Origin: a virus
Direction: 5' to 3' (one strand)
IMG/VR virus record: IMGVR_UViG_3300025012_000956
Coordinates: 1-64,000 of that record
Length of the DNA: 64,000 nucleotides
Under the pieces are notes generated by a model, which was not told the DNA's origin, searched no databases, and worked only from the letters and a program-made list of their open reading frames with translations. Each line of letters starts with the position of its first letter. Within the stretch, counting starts at the first letter, position 1. Made by a program: the position numbers and the translations under genes. Shown here in pieces: positions 60,921 to 64,000 of this stretch.

Positions 60921-62077
60921 AAATGAAAATAACAGATAAACCAACTGAAACTGTAAAAGGTACACGTGAGCCAGTTAATAATAATCTTAGTACAGGTTTA
61001 TCTTTTTCATATGATTTTACATCTGATGGTTATTATAAATTTTTAACAATTGCTTATATTATACAAACAATTATAGATAAATATTTAAATATTACGGTTA
61101 AGAATGAACGCAGTTATGAATATAATTATGATTTTAACAAATATAAACAAATAGTAATTGAAGGAGACATAATTTTTTATTATAATAAACAATTATTTAT
61201 TTATAAGATTAGTACAGATGGTTTCAAAAATAAAATATTATCTAATGGGTCGACCCATCTATTTGTCAAAATAATTAAAGATGAAATTAAAAATAATAAT
61301 CCACTTAGAAACAAACATCTATATATATATGATACTAGTGACTGTTTAGCTGGTACTATTAAAAAAAGACCAACTGTAAATTTTTCAGATGTAATATTAG
61401 ATGATACCTTAAAGTCTGATATATATGATAATACTATATTTCATTTGGAAAAAATGGTAGAAAATAATGGTATTATATTATTTGGGAAACCAGGTGTTGG
61501 TAAATCATTGGTATGTTCTGCTATCATAAATGAGGCTATTAATAAGGGTTTTAGTACATGTTATTTGTGTAGTAAGGTAAATTTTGAGTCGCTATCTGAA
61601 CTTATAAGAGAATTTTTAACTCCTTGTATCTTAATATATGAAGATATAGATTCCTTGGGTCAAGATAGAAAAGAAACTATAAATACAGAATTGTCGTCAT
61701 TTTTACAATTTATAAATGGATTAACGGAAGGAAATGATCGCATTGTATTTATAGCAACAACAAATTATCTAGAACATTTAGATGATGCAATTAAAAATAG
61801 ACCTATGAGATTTAATAGAAAATTCGAATTTAAATATCCCAATAATGATCAAATTAATAAGTTAATAACATTATACTTTGATAAAAAAACAAGTGATAAA
61901 TATTCTACCACGTGCTATAATAAGAATTTCACTGGAGCACATATAAAAGAAATAAAAAGAACAGCTACTATTTTATCTGTAAAGGATAACACTGATATAG
62001 ATAGTGTATTTGAAAAATCGGTAAAATTAGTATATGATAACTTTAGCATAACACTAAGAAATAAACCTGGATTTTAA
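60917..62077 (+). CDS. AAA+ ATPase
   Basis: GKPGVGKS, YEDID, ATTN, RPMRF. Confidence 0.9.
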   Translation: MKMKITDKPTETVKGTREPVNNNLSTGLSFSYDFTSDGYYKFLTIAYIIQTIIDKYLNITVKNERSYEYNYDFNKYKQIVIEGDIIFYYNKQLFIYKISTDGFKNKILSNGSTHLFVKIIKDEIKNNNPLRNKHLYIYDTSDCLAGTIKKRPTVNFSDVILDDTLKSDIYDNTIFHLEKMVENNGIILFGKPGVGKSLVCSAIINEAINKGFSTCYLCSKVNFESLSELIREFLTPCILIYEDIDSLGQDRKETINTELSSFLQFINGLTEGNDRIVFIATTNYLEHLDDAIKNRPMRFNRKFEFKYPNNDQINKLITLYFDKKTSDKYSTTCYNKNFTGAHIKEIKRTATILSVKDNTDIDSVFEKSVKLVYDNFSITLRNKPGF

Positions 62078-62079
62078 AT

Positions 62080-63156
62080 ATGAAAACGGAAATAAGTCAA
62101 TTTACTCCCTGGATAAGGCCTATATATGCACTAAATACTACAAAGACTATAATGTCAAGTTTTATTGGTCCTGGAAAAGAAGTAGAAAAGTTTGAACTAA
62201 ATATATTAAAAACAATCGAACATTCGAATGAATATTGTATAGCAACTACAAGTGGTACTGTAGCGTTAATAATGGTAATTAAAGCATTAGAATTAAAACC
62301 TGGTTCCACTATATTGTTTCCTGCATATACATTTTTAGCGGGAGCAAATGCTGCTAAGTTTTTAGGATATAATATAAAGCTAATAGATATTGATGAGGAT
62401 AATTTATGTATGGATCCTAAATTAGTAGAAAAAGAATTGAAGGAAATTAAGAATATGAGTGCGATAATATATGTTCATCATAATGCATACGATGGTGGTA
62501 CAGAGTTAGGAGATATCAATGATTTATGTATAGATTATAATATAAAACTTATTCAAGATGCCGCACAATGTATTGATGTTCCAATTCATTTATATGGAGA
62601 AATGGCCACTTATTCATTTTCAGTACCAAAGATAGTTACCACCGCACAGGGTGGTGCGGTGGTAACTAAAGATGAAAATATATATAACAAGTTAAAACAA
62701 ATTAGAGATCATGGAGATGATAATTGGAAAAAAACAAAGCTTCATACAAATTTAGGAGTAAATTTTAAATTTAACGATATTTTAGCCTCATTTGGAAATT
62801 CTCAATTCAATCATTTTAATGAAATAATAAAAAAGAAAGATAATATATTTGAGTGGTATAGAAATCATATTAAAATTAAAGATTTTTTTCAAGAAAGAAC
62901 TTGGATGGTAATATATGAAAATTCACCTATAATTATAAATAAAGTAAAAGAACAACTTAAATTGAATAATATAGGTTCTGAACAATATTATAAACCAATT
63001 CATTGGAATCCACCATATAAAACAGAGGATAGTTTTCCAATAGCAGAAAAAATGTATGAAAGGTTATTGTATTTACCATCATCATTAACATTAAATAAAT
63101 CAGATGTAGATAGAATTTGTAGTATAATAAAGAAAGTAGAAATAGAAAATGGGTAA
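62080..63156 (+). CDS. second DegT-family PLP sugar aminotransferase
   Basis: TSGTVAL, IQDAAQ, SFSVPKIVTTAQGG, NFK, LPS. Confidence 0.92.
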   Translation: MKTEISQFTPWIRPIYALNTTKTIMSSFIGPGKEVEKFELNILKTIEHSNEYCIATTSGTVALIMVIKALELKPGSTILFPAYTFLAGANAAKFLGYNIKLIDIDEDNLCMDPKLVEKELKEIKNMSAIIYVHHNAYDGGTELGDINDLCIDYNIKLIQDAAQCIDVPIHLYGEMATYSFSVPKIVTTAQGGAVVTKDENIYNKLKQIRDHGDDNWKKTKLHTNLGVNFKFNDILASFGNSQFNHFNEIIKKKDNIFEWYRNHIKIKDFFQERTWMVIYENSPIIINKVKEQLKLNNIGSEQYYKPIHWNPPYKTEDSFPIAEKMYERLLYLPSSLTLNKSDVDRICSIIKKVEIENG

Positions 63157-63190
63157 AAAAGCCTGGATATCCGGAATCACTTACTTTTAG
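63149..63190 (+). pseudogene. 5' stub resembling the GDP-mannose 4,6-dehydratase N-terminus
   Basis: MGKKAWISGIT then YF*; Gmd consensus is KxALITGITGQDG; ATG is coupled to the upstream stop. Confidence 0.55.
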
Positions 63191-63242
63191 TAATATCAGT
63201 AAAAAATGCAAAATCTCCATATATATTAATAACAGTGGAGAT

Positions 63243-64000
63243 ATGCATATGAAACTAAAAGATATTATTATAGAAAAAAATTGTCATCTTGCTTCGTGTA
63301 ATAAATTATTTTTAACAAATTCTACTAAAAAAGGAAAAAACAGAAAATATTGTTCTAATATATGTGCGCGTATAGGAAACGGTAGAAATAATAAAGGAAG
63401 ACACCACACACCTGAAGCAAGAAAGAAAATATCAGATGCTATGTCAGGAGAAAAAAATTCTTTTTATGGTAGAAAACACACAGAAGAAGTTAAAAGGAGA
63501 ATAGGTAAAATAAACAGTGGGACATATGAGGAGAGGTTTGGAGAAGAAAAATCAAAAGAAATAAAAGCAAAGTTGTCAGATGCACTAAGTGGACAGAATA
63601 ATCCGTTTTATGGAAAAAAATTAACAAAAGAACATATAGAAAAAAGAACAAACACCGTCGTAAATAGAGGTTCTTATAAGGGTGAAAATAATCCTATGTA
63701 TGGAAAAGGTTATTTGATTTCAGGAGAAAAAAATGGAGCGTGGCAGGGTGGTAGCTCGTTTGGAGAATATGGATTAGAGTTTACAGATGAACTGAGAACA
63801 GAAATAAGAAAGAGAGATAATTTTACATGTCAGGTCTGTAATAGCAATGGATATACAGTCCATCACATAGATTATATAAAACATCACAACAATAAAAAGA
63901 ATTTAATCACTACATGCACATCATGTCATGGAAAAACTGGATTTAATAGAGACAGTTGGATAAGTTTTTTTAAAACTAGAATACAGGAGATTTATGGAAA
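63243..64000 (+). CDS. HNH homing endonuclease with NUMOD3 repeats (runs off the window)
   Basis: Hand translation: C..C/YCS..C finger, GEKNSFYGRKHTEE, RDNFTCQVC...VHHIDY...NLITTCTSCH. Confidence 0.88.
   Translation, partial: MHMKLKDIIIEKNCHLASCNKLFLTNSTKKGKNRKYCSNICARIGNGRNNKGRHHTPEARKKISDAMSGEKNSFYGRKHTEEVKRRIGKINSGTYEERFGEEKSKEIKAKLSDALSGQNNPFYGKKLTKEHIEKRTNTVVNRGSYKGENNPMYGKGYLISGEKNGAWQGGSSFGEYGLEFTDELRTEIRKRDNFTCQVCNSNGYTVHHIDYIKHHNNKKNLITTCTSCHGKTGFNRDSWISFFKTRIQEIYG

Noticed and set aside
1053-63220. All minus-strand ORFs in the track and nested plus-strand ORFs such as 695-877 and 6035-6238
   Set aside because: Short shadows of well-supported + strand genes, with no motifs or RBS
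1-64000. Stop-codon reassignment
   Set aside because: Long conserved genes read through under the standard code, and TAA, TGA and TAG all occur at plausible gene ends

Overview
AT-rich segment (roughly 25-30% GC by eye) of a large dsDNA tailed-phage genome with a T4-like replisome. Essentially all genes are on the + strand and tightly coupled. Layout: (1) 1-5.5 kb, end of a putative virion/structural region including a 66-bp tandem-repeat solenoid protein. (2) 5.6-28 kb, replication/recombination module: gp32-like SSB, UvsX/RecA, 5'-3' exonuclease, gp41/DnaB helicase, class II RNR, DinG-like helicase, family-B DNA polymerase, sliding clamp and clamp loader. Four core genes (UvsX, helicase, NrdJ, clamp loader) are each broken into two ORFs by a split intein with a free-standing endonuclease gene between the halves. 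The UvsX N-intein is only 13 aa, and PolB carries a contiguous mini-intein. (3) 29-38 kb, nucleotide/DNA-modification operon: dUTPase, deviant C5-MTase, dNMP kinase, UDG-like protein, MTase, clear T4 beta-glucosyltransferase homologue, CofD/YvcK-HAD fusion, NTP-transferase, dCMP-hydroxymethylase-type TS homologue, dCMP deaminase and DUF1599. This predicts a probably uncharacterised cytosine hypermodification. (4) 40-64 kb, large glycan-biosynthesis island invaded by a repeated cassette of promoter + small RHH-like ORF + Zn-finger/NUMOD3/Vsr-like endonuclease, plus several endonuclease scars and 5' gene stubs. All assignments come from motif recognition by eye; no database searches were run. 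No tRNA, rRNA or CRISPR array was seen.
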